Below are positions 29,711 to 40,986 of a stretch of DNA of 64,000 nucleotides, piece after piece (the first letter of the stretch is position 1; the number at the start of each line of letters is the position of its first letter). The position numbers and the translations under genes were made by a program. The notes beneath the pieces are model-generated. The model had not been told where the DNA came from. It made no database searches and saw only the letters and a list, made by a program, of their open reading frames with translations. Source of the stretch: Gammaproteobacteria bacterium (GTDB taxonomy: Bacteria; Pseudomonadota; Gammaproteobacteria; SZUA-152); assembly GCA_013152545.1 (NCBI GenBank), contig JAADGF010000099.1, positions 9,906 through 73,905 of the forward strand, given 5' to 3'.

Positions 29711-31174
29711 TTAAGTCCGCTCGTTAATCGCAGTCTGCACTTTCTTGGCATAATCAGGATCAGCCTTAGAGAACTGTTCAAGCATATCAGCCTGCACCGA
29801 CGCAGTTGCCTGCGCCAAGCCATCCGCAATATTGCTGGTCAACTGCTGTTTTTGCTCATCACTCATCAGTCGAAACAAATTGCCAGCTTGAGTATAGTGA
29901 TCCTCAGCCGAGGTATCGTGGGCTTTTACCCATGCCTCCCCCAACAGCGGTAACGGCGGTGCCGCCAATTCCGGGGCTGGAACAGGTGAACCCTGGTCAG
30001 CTCGGTCGTTAGGATAAAAATTAACACTGCTATCCTGGTTAATATCACCCCCCTGCATAGGACACATTCCAGCCATTGCGCCATCACGCTGGTAATGATG
30101 CACTGGGCATTTAGCAGCATTCACTGGTAATTGGCTAGCGTTGGCACCAATGCGATAGCGATGAGCATCCTGATAAGCAAGCAATCGCGCTTGCAGCATT
30201 TTATCCGGAGATGCGCCAATACCTGGCACCAGATTACTTGGCGCAAACGCCGCCTGTTCAGTTTCCGCAAAGTAATTTTCAACATTACGATTCAATTCAA
30301 GTTGACCAATCTCAAATACCGGAAAATCACTCTGCGGCCAAATTTTGGTTAAGTCAAAGGGGTTGGTTTCAGCATCCTGTGCTTGCGTCTGCGTCATAAT
30401 CTGTAACTTCACCGTCCAGCTTGGATACTCGCCCCGGTCGATGGCCTCAACCAAGTCCTGCTGTGCCCCATGAGGTGGTAATTTTGCTGCCTCTGCGTTA
30501 CTCAAACATTGAATCCCCTGGTTGCTTTTAATATGCCATTTCACCCAGAATCGTTCTCCTTGGGCGTTCCAAAAACTCAAGGCATGAGAACCAAAGCCGT
30601 GCATATGACGATACGAAGACGGTATGCCCCTATCCGACATTAATATGGTCATTTGGTGTAAGGATTGAGGATGATTTGCCCAAAATTCAAACATTCGTGC
30701 AGGATCGGGAAGATTCGTTTTCGGGTTTTTTTTCTGCGAATGAATGAAATCCGGAAACTTGCTGGGGTCACTGAGGAAAAATACCGGGGTGTTATTACCG
30801 ACCAGATCAAAATTACCCTGTTCAGTATAAAATTTAATGGCGAATCCACGCGGGTCCCTGGCATAATCGCTGGAGTCCTGCCCACCACCGACGGTGGAAA
30901 ATCGAACAAATACAGCGGTTTTTTGACCCTCTTGTTGCAAAAATTGCGCAATTGTATGGTCTTTTAAGCTTTTACTGAGTGTAAACGTGCCGTAGGCACC
31001 TGTTCCCCGTGCGTGTACCACCCGCTCCGGTATTCGCTCACGATTAAAATGTGCCAGCTTCTCAAACACTTGATGATTATCAAACGTCAATGGCCCACGC
31101 TCCCCAGCACTAATGCTATTGTTATCATCAACAATAGGGGCGCCAGCCGAAGTGGTCAGTATCTTCTTGCTCAT
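29711..31174 (-). CDS. Monofunctional heme catalase (small-subunit, clade 3)
   Basis: RERIPERVVHARGTGAYGTF, the FDRERIPERVVHA region and overall catalase core; 487 aa. Confidence 0.9.
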   Translation of the reverse strand: MSKKILTTSAGAPIVDDNNSISAGERGPLTFDNHQVFEKLAHFNRERIPERVVHARGTGAYGTFTLSKSLKDHTIAQFLQQEGQKTAVFVRFSTVGGGQDSSDYARDPRGFAIKFYTEQGNFDLVGNNTPVFFLSDPSKFPDFIHSQKKNPKTNLPDPARMFEFWANHPQSLHQMTILMSDRGIPSSYRHMHGFGSHALSFWNAQGERFWVKWHIKSNQGIQCLSNAEAAKLPPHGAQQDLVEAIDRGEYPSWTVKLQIMTQTQAQDAETNPFDLTKIWPQSDFPVFEIGQLELNRNVENYFAETEQAAFAPSNLVPGIGASPDKMLQARLLAYQDAHRYRIGANASQLPVNAAKCPVHHYQRDGAMAGMCPMQGGDINQDSSVNFYPNDRADQGSPVPAPELAAPPLPLLGEAWVKAHDTSAEDHYTQAGNLFRLMSDEQKQQLTSNIADGLAQATASVQADMLEQFSKADPDYAKKVQTAINERT

Positions 31175-31505
31175 GGGGTTTCACTCCTCTTGTAAGTAAA
31201 CACCGACAGAATATTTGTGCAACGCTATCACCAACATTGCTCTGCCAGTTTATACTTATAAGATAGGAGCAATTAATGAATTAATATAATTAATTATAAC
31301 TAAAAACTTAATAGTAATTTTCTATCAATACAATTACCTTGCCGGCATCGTTAACCTTGAACACATCAGTTGAACCGTAATGAAGACAACTAAAAAGCTA
31401 AAAATAAACGATTTTTTTCAGATATTTCACATATGTTCGAAAAAATTCCGTATTAATAGTAGTGCATTTAGCATTCGTGGTAGCTTCAACTGCTGTATTT
31501 GAATT

Positions 31506-32528
31506 ATGGCAACAAACCCGAATACCATTAAGAAGAACATGGCTTCAAAAAGATTGACCACCGACGCAAAACTTGATGCACTCCGAACACTGATTGACCG
31601 TGGACGCAACGTCAATAGCGACAATAAAGAACTCATCTCAGCGCTGAACAAAGCACTTAATGATAAAAGTAATTTTTTAGCCGCAAAAGCCGCTGACTGG
31701 ATTGCTGAATACCTGCTTTACGATATGGTCTCTGCTCTTTGCAGCGCATATAACCGATTTTTACAAAAACCATTAAAAACTGATAAAACCTGTGCCGCTA
31801 AAAGAGCAATATCACGGGCGTTGTATACATTGGACTATGATGAAAAAAACTTTTATTATCTCGGTTTACGCTATCGACAAATGGAACCGGTGTATGGTGG
31901 TCGAGTGGACACCGCTGTGGAACTACGCTGTACTTGCGCGCTGGGACTCGTGGCTTCCGGAGACTCACGCGTAATGCTTGATATTATAGACTTATTACAC
32001 GATGACGAACATCAAGCCAGAATAGGCGCGATAAAGGCTATTGCTCTGGCTCAACCTTTTCATGCAGAATTACTCCTGCGTAATAAGATTCTACAAGGTG
32101 ATCCAGAACCGGAAGTAATAAACGCTGGTTTTATTGCACTGGTGCAAGTCGCTGCCGAGGACTCCCTTGAGTTTTTAACACGTTTTCTCGATTTCGCCAT
32201 ACCGAGTATGGGCGAAGCAGCTGCGTTAGCCTTGGGGGAAAGTCGACTTGATGATGCGCTGGCACTGCTGACCACGGCCAGTGAAAAATTCTCACCCCAC
32301 CACACTTTTCAAGTGGTGCTTTATCGCGCCATTGCGTTACAACGAAACGAAAAAGCCTATAATTACCTACTTAGTATTATTCAACAACAAGATACAAAAC
32401 CGGCCTGCGAAGCCATTAGCGCCTTATCCATTTTTAATTATAACAACGAGTTGAAAAACAAAATACAGGCGATTGTCAAACAAAAATCTTCTAAAAAATT
32501 AGCAGCCTATTTTAAAAAATACTGGTGA
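31506..32528 (+). CDS. Hypothetical alpha-helical (HEAT/PBS-lyase-like repeat) protein
   Basis: Repetitive helical pairs with D/E-rich loops. No catalytic motif recognised. Confidence 0.4.
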   Translation: MATNPNTIKKNMASKRLTTDAKLDALRTLIDRGRNVNSDNKELISALNKALNDKSNFLAAKAADWIAEYLLYDMVSALCSAYNRFLQKPLKTDKTCAAKRAISRALYTLDYDEKNFYYLGLRYRQMEPVYGGRVDTAVELRCTCALGLVASGDSRVMLDIIDLLHDDEHQARIGAIKAIALAQPFHAELLLRNKILQGDPEPEVINAGFIALVQVAAEDSLEFLTRFLDFAIPSMGEAAALALGESRLDDALALLTTASEKFSPHHTFQVVLYRAIALQRNEKAYNYLLSIIQQQDTKPACEAISALSIFNYNNELKNKIQAIVKQKSSKKLAAYFKKYW

Positions 32529-32627
32529 CACACTTAAAAACCCAAGACAACAACTCCATGGCTGGGAAAGTAGAACCTGAGTCTAGAACAGAAACCAAAA
32601 GCGGCAAAATCCTAAAAATTAATTATT

Positions 32628-32645
32628 AGGAATGTGTACATTCCT
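32628..32645. other. Near-perfect 18-bp palindrome AGGAATGTGTACATTCCT
   Basis: 8-bp arms flank a GT centre, located between convergent genes. Candidate dimeric-regulator site or hairpin. Confidence 0.4.
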
Positions 32646-32763
32646 TAACAGGCGATGCAAAAACAATATAAATTGATGAAATTATAACCACTCCGCTTAC
32701 TTTTCAAATGCTTTAAAAACAAATTAAAGGTAAGCAAAGTGGTTACACATCTCAAGGCTTAAA

Positions 32764-33168
32764 TCACAACGAGCCTTCTGATAGCCTTTTATCCACTTGC
32801 ACTTCTGCTCTTAACCAATCATGCAGTGGATCACCATTCATAAAATGGCGTTTTTCAGCACTTAAATATGCCTCTATTTGAATCATTTCCAAACGTTTTT
32901 GGTCTGTCACAAATGCTCCCTGTATTTTTTTATTTTTACCAAAACTATTGTCATCACCATTGACTGCCTGGGCTAATGACTGGCTGGAAAGTTCCGTTAT
33001 ATTGCTCGTGTTGCTTTCTCTTTTAGTCGTAGCGACCCTTGTAATGCCTATTGAGGCTGCTTTGGATGTTTTTTTCTTGATTGCCGCCTTGTTTTTGACG
33101 GCTGTTTTCTTTTGCACTGTCACTTTGTTGTACACTCCAGTTAAATGATAGATATATACCCTACACAA
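32764..33168 (-). CDS. DUF2934 domain protein with lysine-rich (histone H1-like) N-terminal region
   Basis: C-terminal EMIQIEAYLSAEKRHFMNGDPLHDWLRAEVQV matches the DUF2934 pattern (RAYxxWExxG...DWxxAE). The N-terminus is K/A/T-rich. True start uncertain. Confidence 0.5.
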   Translation of the reverse strand: MCRVYIYHLTGVYNKVTVQKKTAVKNKAAIKKKTSKAASIGITRVATTKRESNTSNITELSSQSLAQAVNGDDNSFGKNKKIQGAFVTDQKRLEMIQIEAYLSAEKRHFMNGDPLHDWLRAEVQVDKRLSEGSL

Positions 33169-33410
33169 AGCAAAAATTAAGCCAGCATAATTCCGTCATT
33201 TATTATGAAGAGAAACACCTCAACTCCAGTTGACAAATAGTGCTACGTTCAGGTATGAAAATAACCAATATTTGGAATTGTTGCACTGAGGCGGATCATT
33301 ACAATACTGGTGATACAAGCAAACCAGTTAAAGCCAATGACTGATGCTTAGCAATAAACTCACTTTATCAACAGGCCAGCCAACGCCAGCGAGACAAAAT
33401 CAACGGAATA

Positions 33411-33442
33411 ATATACCCATAGCGTTTGAGATTTAGGTATAT
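33411..33442. repeat. Solo/minimal copy of MITE family 1 (the two terminal repeats abutting)
   Basis: ATATACCCATAGCGTTTGAGATTTAGGTATAT, 5 bp downstream of the HDOD gene stop. Confidence 0.65.
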
Positions 33443-33448
33443 ACTCCT

Positions 33449-34306
33449 TCACGACTCATATTCATCAATGATGTCCGCCTCCAACTCTCCGTAATCCAGC
33501 TCACTTGTACTGAAATGGAAAAAGATTTGATCTTTGAACTGATCCCAATGACTGGATTGTTCTCCACGATGATAGATACTAAGAACATTCCCAGCAATCA
33601 AAAAAATACCATAAAGGTCTTTCAATGAATCATCAGTCGCGCTGTCGTTGAGAAAACCCGCTTCATGATGACGTAGGATGAGATCACAAATTCGTTTTGG
33701 TAAATTCCAGGACGTAGCGACAAAGTAACCGACAACCGCGTGATTCGTAGCGTAGTGCCGATCTTCTATCGCGGTCAATGCCAAACCAGGCGAAGCATCA
33801 CTCTCTATGAGTATCTGTCCATAATCGTTAAATCGCATCGCCATCATGGCAATGCCGCAATCATGAAACAAACCAAACGAATAAACATCTTCAGCAGGGC
33901 AGTCACGTTTCAGTTGCAGTTGGTTAAGTGTCGTCACCATCATCCGTGCAGTGGCAACGGCTGAATCCCAAAACGGTTCCAGAGGAATGGAGGCCTCACC
34001 TGCCAGGACATGGCGCATTTCGTGGAATGTCACCAGTGTGATAATGTTTTGTAGCCCAAGCAGCATCACACTCTGCTGGATATCAGTAACGGTTCGACCA
34101 AGACCAAACACTGGAGAATTAATTGCTTTGAGGACATTGGCCGACAACCCAACATCACTGGCAATAATTTCTGCAATACGATTTAAATCAGGGGCTTCAT
34201 GCTGCTGCTCATCATGGATCTGACACAACAGTTCGGGTTTTGCCGGGATCTGTAACCCGGCCACCACCTGCTTCGCTTTTTCATTATTAATATCAAACAC
34301 TTGCAA
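33449..34306 (-). CDS. HDOD domain-containing protein (second stand-alone copy)
   Basis: IPAKPELLCQIHDEQQHEAPDLNRIAEIIASDVGLSANVLKAINSPVFGL. Confidence 0.75.
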   Translation of the reverse strand: MQVFDINNEKAKQVVAGLQIPAKPELLCQIHDEQQHEAPDLNRIAEIIASDVGLSANVLKAINSPVFGLGRTVTDIQQSVMLLGLQNIITLVTFHEMRHVLAGEASIPLEPFWDSAVATARMMVTTLNQLQLKRDCPAEDVYSFGLFHDCGIAMMAMRFNDYGQILIESDASPGLALTAIEDRHYATNHAVVGYFVATSWNLPKRICDLILRHHEAGFLNDSATDDSLKDLYGIFLIAGNVLSIYHRGEQSSHWDQFKDQIFFHFSTSELDYGELEADIIDEYES

Positions 34307-34549
34307 TACCCAATGAGTGTGTCATCGACAATCTCCAATTTATGCGGGTGACAGTTTAGTATAATCGATTGTCATGCGGCTAGATTCGCGGGAGGATACA
34401 CTCATTAAAAACGGCAACTGCGGGTATTTCTTTAGCGCTAGAAAATGCTCGAATTTTATTAACGAACGTATCAAGGTGCATTTGTAAAATAAAAAAAACG
34501 CGTACAAAAATCAACAAAAAATATTCTAAAGATCAGGTCATTGGGTTAA

Positions 34550-35173
34550 TTAACCCCCTTTCGACTCCAGGTCATAACGTTGTTTATGCTCTCTTGCAAT
34601 GCCCAGTAATTCTTCCCATACTTTAGACATTGATTCATGCATGTAATCGTTTTTAGCCAAGTTATTTAACTCATCTTTAAAGGTATCCATGCGTAGTACC
34701 CCATCAGGTACACCTTTCGGAAAGCTACTTTCCGCACCAAACAGTACACGGGCTTCAATATCTGCTTCTTTTACCAGTTGATTGACCTGCTGCCCGATCA
34801 AACGAACACGGTACAAAGGGTTTTTAAACTTATTCGACTTGTTATCCACCACTTGCGCCCATTGCTCGATTTGATCGGCACCAAAAATATACCCCTTGAG
34901 GTGTTGAACGTCCATGGCAATGATTTTGCCACGCAATAAAATAAGATAGTCCACAAATAAATAGCCATAAATACCATCGGATATCACAATATCGCGAGAG
35001 TATGCTTCACTTTGCTCTTTGATTATTTTTTCGATACGCCGATCATCAGCAGTGTTTTTTATATAGCGCACTAACCACACAACCAACGTTACCAAAACAA
35101 TAGCAGCTATTAACCCTAGCGTTAGCCAGATAATCTGATTTTCTGATAGTTTTATGAAATCTTTGGGTAACAT
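34550..35173 (-). CDS. Membrane-anchored NERD (nuclease-related) domain protein
   Basis: N-terminal TM helix, then YLFVDYLILLRGKIIAMDVQHLKGYIFGADQIEQW, which resembles the NERD core. Confidence 0.5.
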   Translation of the reverse strand: MLPKDFIKLSENQIIWLTLGLIAAIVLVTLVVWLVRYIKNTADDRRIEKIIKEQSEAYSRDIVISDGIYGYLFVDYLILLRGKIIAMDVQHLKGYIFGADQIEQWAQVVDNKSNKFKNPLYRVRLIGQQVNQLVKEADIEARVLFGAESSFPKGVPDGVLRMDTFKDELNNLAKNDYMHESMSKVWEELLGIAREHKQRYDLESKGG

Positions 35174-35466
35174 AACTCAAATTTTACCGAATTTTTACCG
35201 AAGAGTGGAGCTAATTGTTAAGTAATTGTATAACTATCACCCACTTAATTCCATTAACATATTGATTATCTTAATTTTTAGCTGAAATTTTACCATACAA
35301 ATAGCATACCCTTGCCCTTCGCTTCTGTCGATACCTTCCTGAATTCCTCGACAGTGCATTAAGCAAGAAAAAAGGATTGGCATACATTTCTAATTTGTCT
35401 AAGCTTGTCATTTTTCGAACTTGCCAGGGAGTTCCGTTGATCGCATTAATGACATTAAGCCGGTAC

Positions 35467-35500
35467 TACTATACCCGTGACGTTTGAATGAAGGACCTTG
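35467..35500. repeat. Degenerate fragment related to the MITE family 1 terminal repeat
   Basis: TATACCCGTGACGTTTGAATGAAGG, compare TATACCCGTGGCGTTTAGGATTTAGG at 45401. Confidence 0.3.
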
Positions 35501-35652
35501 GGATTGTTGTGCCGTTAAAGTACACCAATATAACGTACCTCGCGGATTTTAGTCAAAGTTAAGTCGCGCCCGGCTCATCGTTCGCGGCTCTGTTGACTCG
35601 TATCAACTCTGTTGCCCCCACTGTTATTGATGTTTAAGAAGCGTGCACATTC

Positions 35653-38600
35653 TTAAGCGACAGCGCCACCTTTATCGTCAGAAACTGATTGTTCCATTAT
35701 TTCCGACACTTCGATGTGTGCCACACGTAAAGCAGACAATTGTGTATCAATATTATTAATGTTTTTTGACTTTATGTTTGACTCAATTTTTTCCGCAATA
35801 TCACCTAAATACAATGCACCAAATTGCCTGCAAGATGACTTGAGTGAATGCATCGCTCTTTCGATAGCCTCAATGTTTTGATTTTCATAAGCTTCCTCAG
35901 CAATGTTAATATTATTATTTGCTGTACGATATTGTTGAGATATAACAGCTTGAAATTTAGCACCAAACAATGATTTCAATGTATTGAAAATGGCGATATC
36001 TAATACCGGTAATGCTTCATTGTTGTTACTGGTATTGTTGCTGACATTTTTACTAGCATTGTTGCTGTGATCGTTATTGTTATTATTGTCGTTGCCAAAG
36101 TCATTGTTTCCGTATCGACGCTGATCTGAACCCACAGGTGCATCGGCCGATTTTCGTGGCAACGCTTTCCGTGGCAACCATGCCGCCAACACTTTCTCTA
36201 ATGCTTCCTGACTCACTGGTTTTGAAATATAGTCGTCCATACCCGCTGCCAAACATTTTTCTTTATCACCTTGCATTGCATTTGCAGTAAAGGCGATAAT
36301 TGGAACTCGATCAACATTGTGGTTTTCAAGTTCGTATTTTCGTATTGCGAGTGTTGCTTCAAAACCATCCATTTCCGGCATTTGACAATCCATAAAGACC
36401 AAATCAAACGGTCGTTTTTTTACCATTATCAAGGCTTCCAAGCCATTACCGGCAGGCGTGATATTGCAACCATATCCTTCCAGATATTCTGTCGCTACTC
36501 GTTGGTTAACCGGATTATCTTCTGTCAATAAAATTTGTGCGTTAGTAAACAAAATGCTTTCACGTATGCTTGCATTAGTTTCTCGTAAGGTGTGGCGTGA
36601 GACCAATGGAATTTTATGGCCTTGTTGTTTTGCGCTCCAAATAAGCGAAAGCACATGAGGAGCCTCGGTCGGGCGAGTAGGTTTAGTAAGATAACCATCA
36701 AAACCCAGTTGCGTTAACCGTTGGCTATCACCTTTACGTGGCGATGATGTAATCAGCAGTAACACACCGTCTTTTAACAACCCTCGTTGGTTAATCTCAG
36801 CTGCCAACATTTCACCATCCATTTCCGGCATATGAGAATCTGTGATGACAATATCAAAAGGCACCTGATCTGAAATAGCCTGAGTCAGCATTTTAATTGC
36901 TTGCGTTGCAGATGCAGCAGTCTCTGTACGTAATGACAGGTGAGATAACTGTTCAGTCAATATTGTTCTCGCCACATCCAGGTCATCTACAAGCAAAGTT
37001 CTCAAACCATTAAGATGATCAAAATTTTCAACTTGAGCAGGCAAGATAACGCCCAAATTTGCAAGCTTTAACTGCATGGTAAAACTAAAAATTGAACCTT
37101 TTCCTTTAACACTTTCCACACTGATTTCACCCTGCATTAATTCACAAAGTTGTTTGGAAATCGCCAAGCCCAAACCAGTGCCACCATACTTTCGGGTAGT
37201 CGAACCATCTTCTTGATCAAATTTATTAAATATTCTATCCAGTGTTTCTTTGGCAATGCCAATACCAGAGTCTTCAACTTTTACCAACAAGGTTACATGC
37301 TCACTGCTAACATCCTGTGATTCAATGGTGAGCAAAACACTGCCTTGTGCAGTAAATTTAATAGCATTGCTCAGAAGATTTAACAGGATCTGACGAATCC
37401 GTCCCGGATCCCCCATAAAGAAACAAGGCGTAGCAGGTTTATAACGCAACAGTATCTCAACACATTTGTCCCTGCACTTAATCGCCATCATTTCTGCAAC
37501 GTCTTCACTTAACGCTTGCAAGTTAAATAACACGCTTTCCAGCTTCAGTTTGCCTGCTTCAATCTTAGAGAAGTCGAGTATATCGTTAATGATGGTCAAC
37601 AAAGCATCGGCAGACTTCATACTGGTTTCTGCGTACTCACGTTGTACAGGACTAAGATCAGTATCAAGTAATAGCCCCGTCATACCGATTACGCCATTCA
37701 TCGGCGTACGAATTTCATGACTCATGTTGGCCAGAAAATCGGACTTTAGTCGCGTTGCTTCTTCAGCCGCCTCTTTTGCCTCTACAAGGGCTGCTTCAGC
37801 TTGTTTTTGCTTGGTAATATCACGAAAACTCCACACCGTACCGACTGCTTTTCCTGCTACCATCATCGGTCGGGACAAACGCTCATAAACCCGGCCATCA
37901 ATCAATTCCAATGTATCAAAAACTTCAGTCTCAGCATTGGCATGCCAATTTTCGAGCACATCGATAAATTGTTGTGGGTCCACTAACTGCCCCATGATAT
38001 GGGCAACCATCGCTTTTTCATCACCGCGCTTCATCATATCATCAGGAATACTCCACAATTCTGTAAAACGGCTGTTGGTTTGTATCGTTTTACCCTGTAC
38101 ATTGGTAACAAGAATACCATTGTCGGTAGACTCCAGGGTCGCTTCCAGTTGCGTCATTGCTTGTTGGGTTGTAAGCTCAGCAAGTTTGCGCTCACTGATA
38201 TCAGTCCGAATGGCAATATAATTTTTGGGTTTCCCATCATCCCCCATAAAGGGTACGATGGTCGTATCCACCCAGTAGAGATGCCCGTCTTTGGCTTTGT
38301 TGCAAATTTCGTCGTGCCAGACATGTCCTGCAGCAATGCGGCGATACATCTGGCGAAAAAAATCCCTGTCATGGCATCCTGAATTAAGCAGGCGATGATT
38401 TTCCCCCATCAATTTTTCACGGCTATAACCACTGATTTCACAAAATTTATCATTGCAAAAAGTGATATTACCCTCCACATCGGTAATAGCAACAATAGCG
38501 TGTTGATCCAAGGCAAATTTTTGCTCGGCTAAATCGGCAAGTGCTTGTTGTGCTTTTTTACTGGATTGTTCCAGAGCCTGCTCATGCCTTTGCGACATTC

Positions 38601-39825
38601 TCAGCATATGGTTAAAGGCTTCCGCCAATTGCCCAATTTCATTGGTGGCAATGACATCAACCCACTGTCCCCTTTCGCCTGCAGCAACTGCCATACTGGC
38701 ATCAACGAGGCTTGCAATAGGCTTGGTAATACGCCGTGCCTGAAAAATGGCTAACAGCACCACAATAATAATTGTGAAGCAGACTAACACCAACGTCACT
38801 TTAGCTAAATCGGTGACTTCAGTCAGCGCCTCATCTTCATTGATTTCACTGATCAATACCCACTTAACGCCCGACAATTGTAGCGTATGATGAATACCAA
38901 TCACTTGATTTCCATTAGGCCCCCGGTAGAAGAAAGCCGCCTGCTCCTGATCGTTAGATGCTTTGTCGTGACTACCATGTTTGGTATACCAATGCCAGTA
39001 CTGTTCCGTATCGATTTCACGGTTCAATACATCATCTTGCCTGTCATTAATTGCGGTACGCAGCCTACCGTCATTGCCCACTAAATAATGGATTAATGAA
39101 CTGCTGGTATTTATCCCTTGATTTAATGATTTAGGAATACGGTCAAAGCGAATCTGGATGGCAAAAACACCCAACTTTCCGCCGAACTCATCCAATAACG
39201 GCGCCGTGAGAAACCCGGTTATCATATTACCAGAAGGCGCATAACGTTCCAGGTCGGAAAACATTGACTGCCCCGTTGCCAGAGTTACTTTAACACTCTG
39301 TGCAAACCGTGTATTCGCATAAGGACCATCTAGCAAGTTAGTCCCCAAATCAGACTCACGGGCAACGCTGAACAAAATATTGCCGTCGTTGTCGATCAGA
39401 ATCAAATCATAGGTGTAATCATAGCGACGACTCAGATTGATAAGATCATTTTGAGTACCATCAACTAACGATGCCCAGGTGTAACTCTTCACAAATGTGT
39501 CCAGCGTTTTATTACTGGACTGCCAGGCTCGCTGCAATGACATTAGGAAACGAGCATTATTCTGCGACTCAGCCTGCCTACTAAGATCCATAAAGCGATA
39601 ATGGAAAAAAGTATTGATGAATTGCACATTCAAGGATGCAGATTGCTGCAATTTATCTTCCGCTGACTGAGTGAGGCTGGCCGTACCCGTTTGATAACTT
39701 ACCCAGGATACAATCATCAACGGCAATAACGATAACAATAAAAACCACAACACCAGATGACGACGGAGGGACGCGTATTTTTTCGCGACAGGAGCATCAC
39801 CGTTTGCGGCTATATCTACTTTCAT
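35653..39825 (-). CDS. Hybrid sensor histidine kinase/response regulator: periplasmic double-Cache-like domain, TM, HAMP, 2 PAS, HisKA/HATPase, 2 REC, Asn-rich linker, C-terminal Hpt
   Basis: H-box [14 protein letters not shown] and G2 box [12 protein letters not shown]. Two receiver domains (DDLDVAR...DSHMPEMDG and EDNPVNQ...DCQMPEMDG). Hpt [12 protein letters not shown]. Low-complexity [30 protein letters not shown]. Confidence 0.85.
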   Translation of the reverse strand: MKVDIAANGDAPVAKKYASLRRHLVLWFLLLSLLPLMIVSWVSYQTGTASLTQSAEDKLQQSASLNVQFINTFFHYRFMDLSRQAESQNNARFLMSLQRAWQSSNKTLDTFVKSYTWASLVDGTQNDLINLSRRYDYTYDLILIDNDGNILFSVARESDLGTNLLDGPYANTRFAQSVKVTLATGQSMFSDLERYAPSGNMITGFLTAPLLDEFGGKLGVFAIQIRFDRIPKSLNQGINTSSSLIHYLVGNDGRLRTAINDRQDDVLNREIDTEQYWHWYTKHGSHDKASNDQEQAAFFYRGPNGNQVIGIHHTLQLSGVKWVLISEINEDEALTEVTDLAKVTLVLVCFTIIIVVLLAIFQARRITKPIASLVDASMAVAAGERGQWVDVIATNEIGQLAEAFNHMLRMSQRHEQALEQSSKKAQQALADLAEQKFALDQHAIVAITDVEGNITFCNDKFCEISGYSREKLMGENHRLLNSGCHDRDFFRQMYRRIAAGHVWHDEICNKAKDGHLYWVDTTIVPFMGDDGKPKNYIAIRTDISERKLAELTTQQAMTQLEATLESTDNGILVTNVQGKTIQTNSRFTELWSIPDDMMKRGDEKAMVAHIMGQLVDPQQFIDVLENWHANAETEVFDTLELIDGRVYERLSRPMMVAGKAVGTVWSFRDITKQKQAEAALVEAKEAAEEATRLKSDFLANMSHEIRTPMNGVIGMTGLLLDTDLSPVQREYAETSMKSADALLTIINDILDFSKIEAGKLKLESVLFNLQALSEDVAEMMAIKCRDKCVEILLRYKPATPCFFMGDPGRIRQILLNLLSNAIKFTAQGSVLLTIESQDVSSEHVTLLVKVEDSGIGIAKETLDRIFNKFDQEDGSTTRKYGGTGLGLAISKQLCELMQGEISVESVKGKGSIFSFTMQLKLANLGVILPAQVENFDHLNGLRTLLVDDLDVARTILTEQLSHLSLRTETAASATQAIKMLTQAISDQVPFDIVITDSHMPEMDGEMLAAEINQRGLLKDGVLLLITSSPRKGDSQRLTQLGFDGYLTKPTRPTEAPHVLSLIWSAKQQGHKIPLVSRHTLRETNASIRESILFTNAQILLTEDNPVNQRVATEYLEGYGCNITPAGNGLEALIMVKKRPFDLVFMDCQMPEMDGFEATLAIRKYELENHNVDRVPIIAFTANAMQGDKEKCLAAGMDDYISKPVSQEALEKVLAAWLPRKALPRKSADAPVGSDQRRYGNNDFGNDNNNNNDHSNNASKNVSNNTSNNNEALPVLDIAIFNTLKSLFGAKFQAVISQQYRTANNNINIAEEAYENQNIEAIERAMHSLKSSCRQFGALYLGDIAEKIESNIKSKNINNIDTQLSALRVAHIEVSEIMEQSVSDDKGGAVA

Positions 39826-39849
39826 AGCATGAGTGCTATATCACTTGCG

Positions 39850-40986
39850 CTATTCACGACCAAAGCGTGTATCTGAAAAGTTATCGATATCCACTGGCCG
39901 TTTCAGAATACCACCTTCCACCGCCAAGTCCATGATTTGCTTTAACCCCGCTTTATCGACATCCAAATATTGATAATTAATCACGCGTAGTTCTGGGCTA
40001 AGACTGGCAATAATGGCCTCATAAGTATGCGCTGGTATATGTTTACGCACGATCCTGACGATGGCATCCAGCTTTTCACCACCTGCGCTTCTAGCTTGTT
40101 CAATATCCTCGCCAGCCTTATGAATGTAAGCCATCACTTCCTTAACTGCATCAAACTTACCGGCGATAGCTTTATCGGTCGCCAGTGCAATGCATTCTAC
40201 GTGGCCATGCTGCCAAGGCATAACATCTTTGGAATACCAGGCCACATGACCAAAACCACTCGTCTCCACCACATCGGCCCAGGGTAACGATTGCTCAAAA
40301 GCAGCAGGTAACGCACGATTGCTTTTACTTTTAAGAAAGGCTGGGGATTTAGGCGGAGGCACACCAATCACCAATACCTCGGCATCGGCGTTGGGCGTGA
40401 GACTCAACCGCAAACCTTGTTCTTTAAGATAGCGATATAACACGACAGTATGAGTGGCCAATAAATGGGGCATGCCAATTTCGGTTGAACGACTGTTTTG
40501 TTGATAAATTTTTTTCAATGCAACAGCTACTTTAGCGTCAGGTTTGCGGCCTTTTCGCCCCGGTGGTAACTTTACCTCTTTGTTTAACAAATCGTTAATG
40601 GCCAGAGCATTACCGTCTCGGTGCATCAACCCCACCCAACGAAAATGGGGTTTTTCATTAAACATATCCATGGCCAAGGGGCTCATTACATAGGCCATAT
40701 CAACGTCACCAGACTGAAAATAGGCTCTTAATAAATCCCAGTTCTTCATCTGTTCAATCTGAAAATCAGCTTGTTTCATTTTATGACGGTACTTTTCATA
40801 AGCGACCAAGGCAGCATAATGATCAGCTAGGGGAATATAAAGCGCTTTAATGGTTTGTTTGCCAGACCTCGCGAGAATTGCCGCATCGCTATAACCCCAA
40901 AAAAAAGTCAATAACAGCACCAGTATCAGCCAAGGTAACGGACGAAACGGTTTTATTCCTACAATAACATCGGTTTGTTTTTTCAT
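39850..40986 (-). CDS. Membrane-anchored periplasmic solute-binding-protein-like protein (NMT1/TauA/PhnD-like type 2 PBP fold), probable ligand-binding partner of the downstream hybrid kinase
   Basis: N-terminal TM or signal anchor PLPWLILVLLLTFFWGY; PBP-like length and composition; 24 nt upstream of the kinase start; no ABC permease or ATPase nearby. Confidence 0.55.
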   Translation of the reverse strand: MKKQTDVIVGIKPFRPLPWLILVLLLTFFWGYSDAAILARSGKQTIKALYIPLADHYAALVAYEKYRHKMKQADFQIEQMKNWDLLRAYFQSGDVDMAYVMSPLAMDMFNEKPHFRWVGLMHRDGNALAINDLLNKEVKLPPGRKGRKPDAKVAVALKKIYQQNSRSTEIGMPHLLATHTVVLYRYLKEQGLRLSLTPNADAEVLVIGVPPPKSPAFLKSKSNRALPAAFEQSLPWADVVETSGFGHVAWYSKDVMPWQHGHVECIALATDKAIAGKFDAVKEVMAYIHKAGEDIEQARSAGGEKLDAIVRIVRKHIPAHTYEAIIASLSPELRVINYQYLDVDKAGLKQIMDLAVEGGILKRPVDIDNFSDTRFGRE

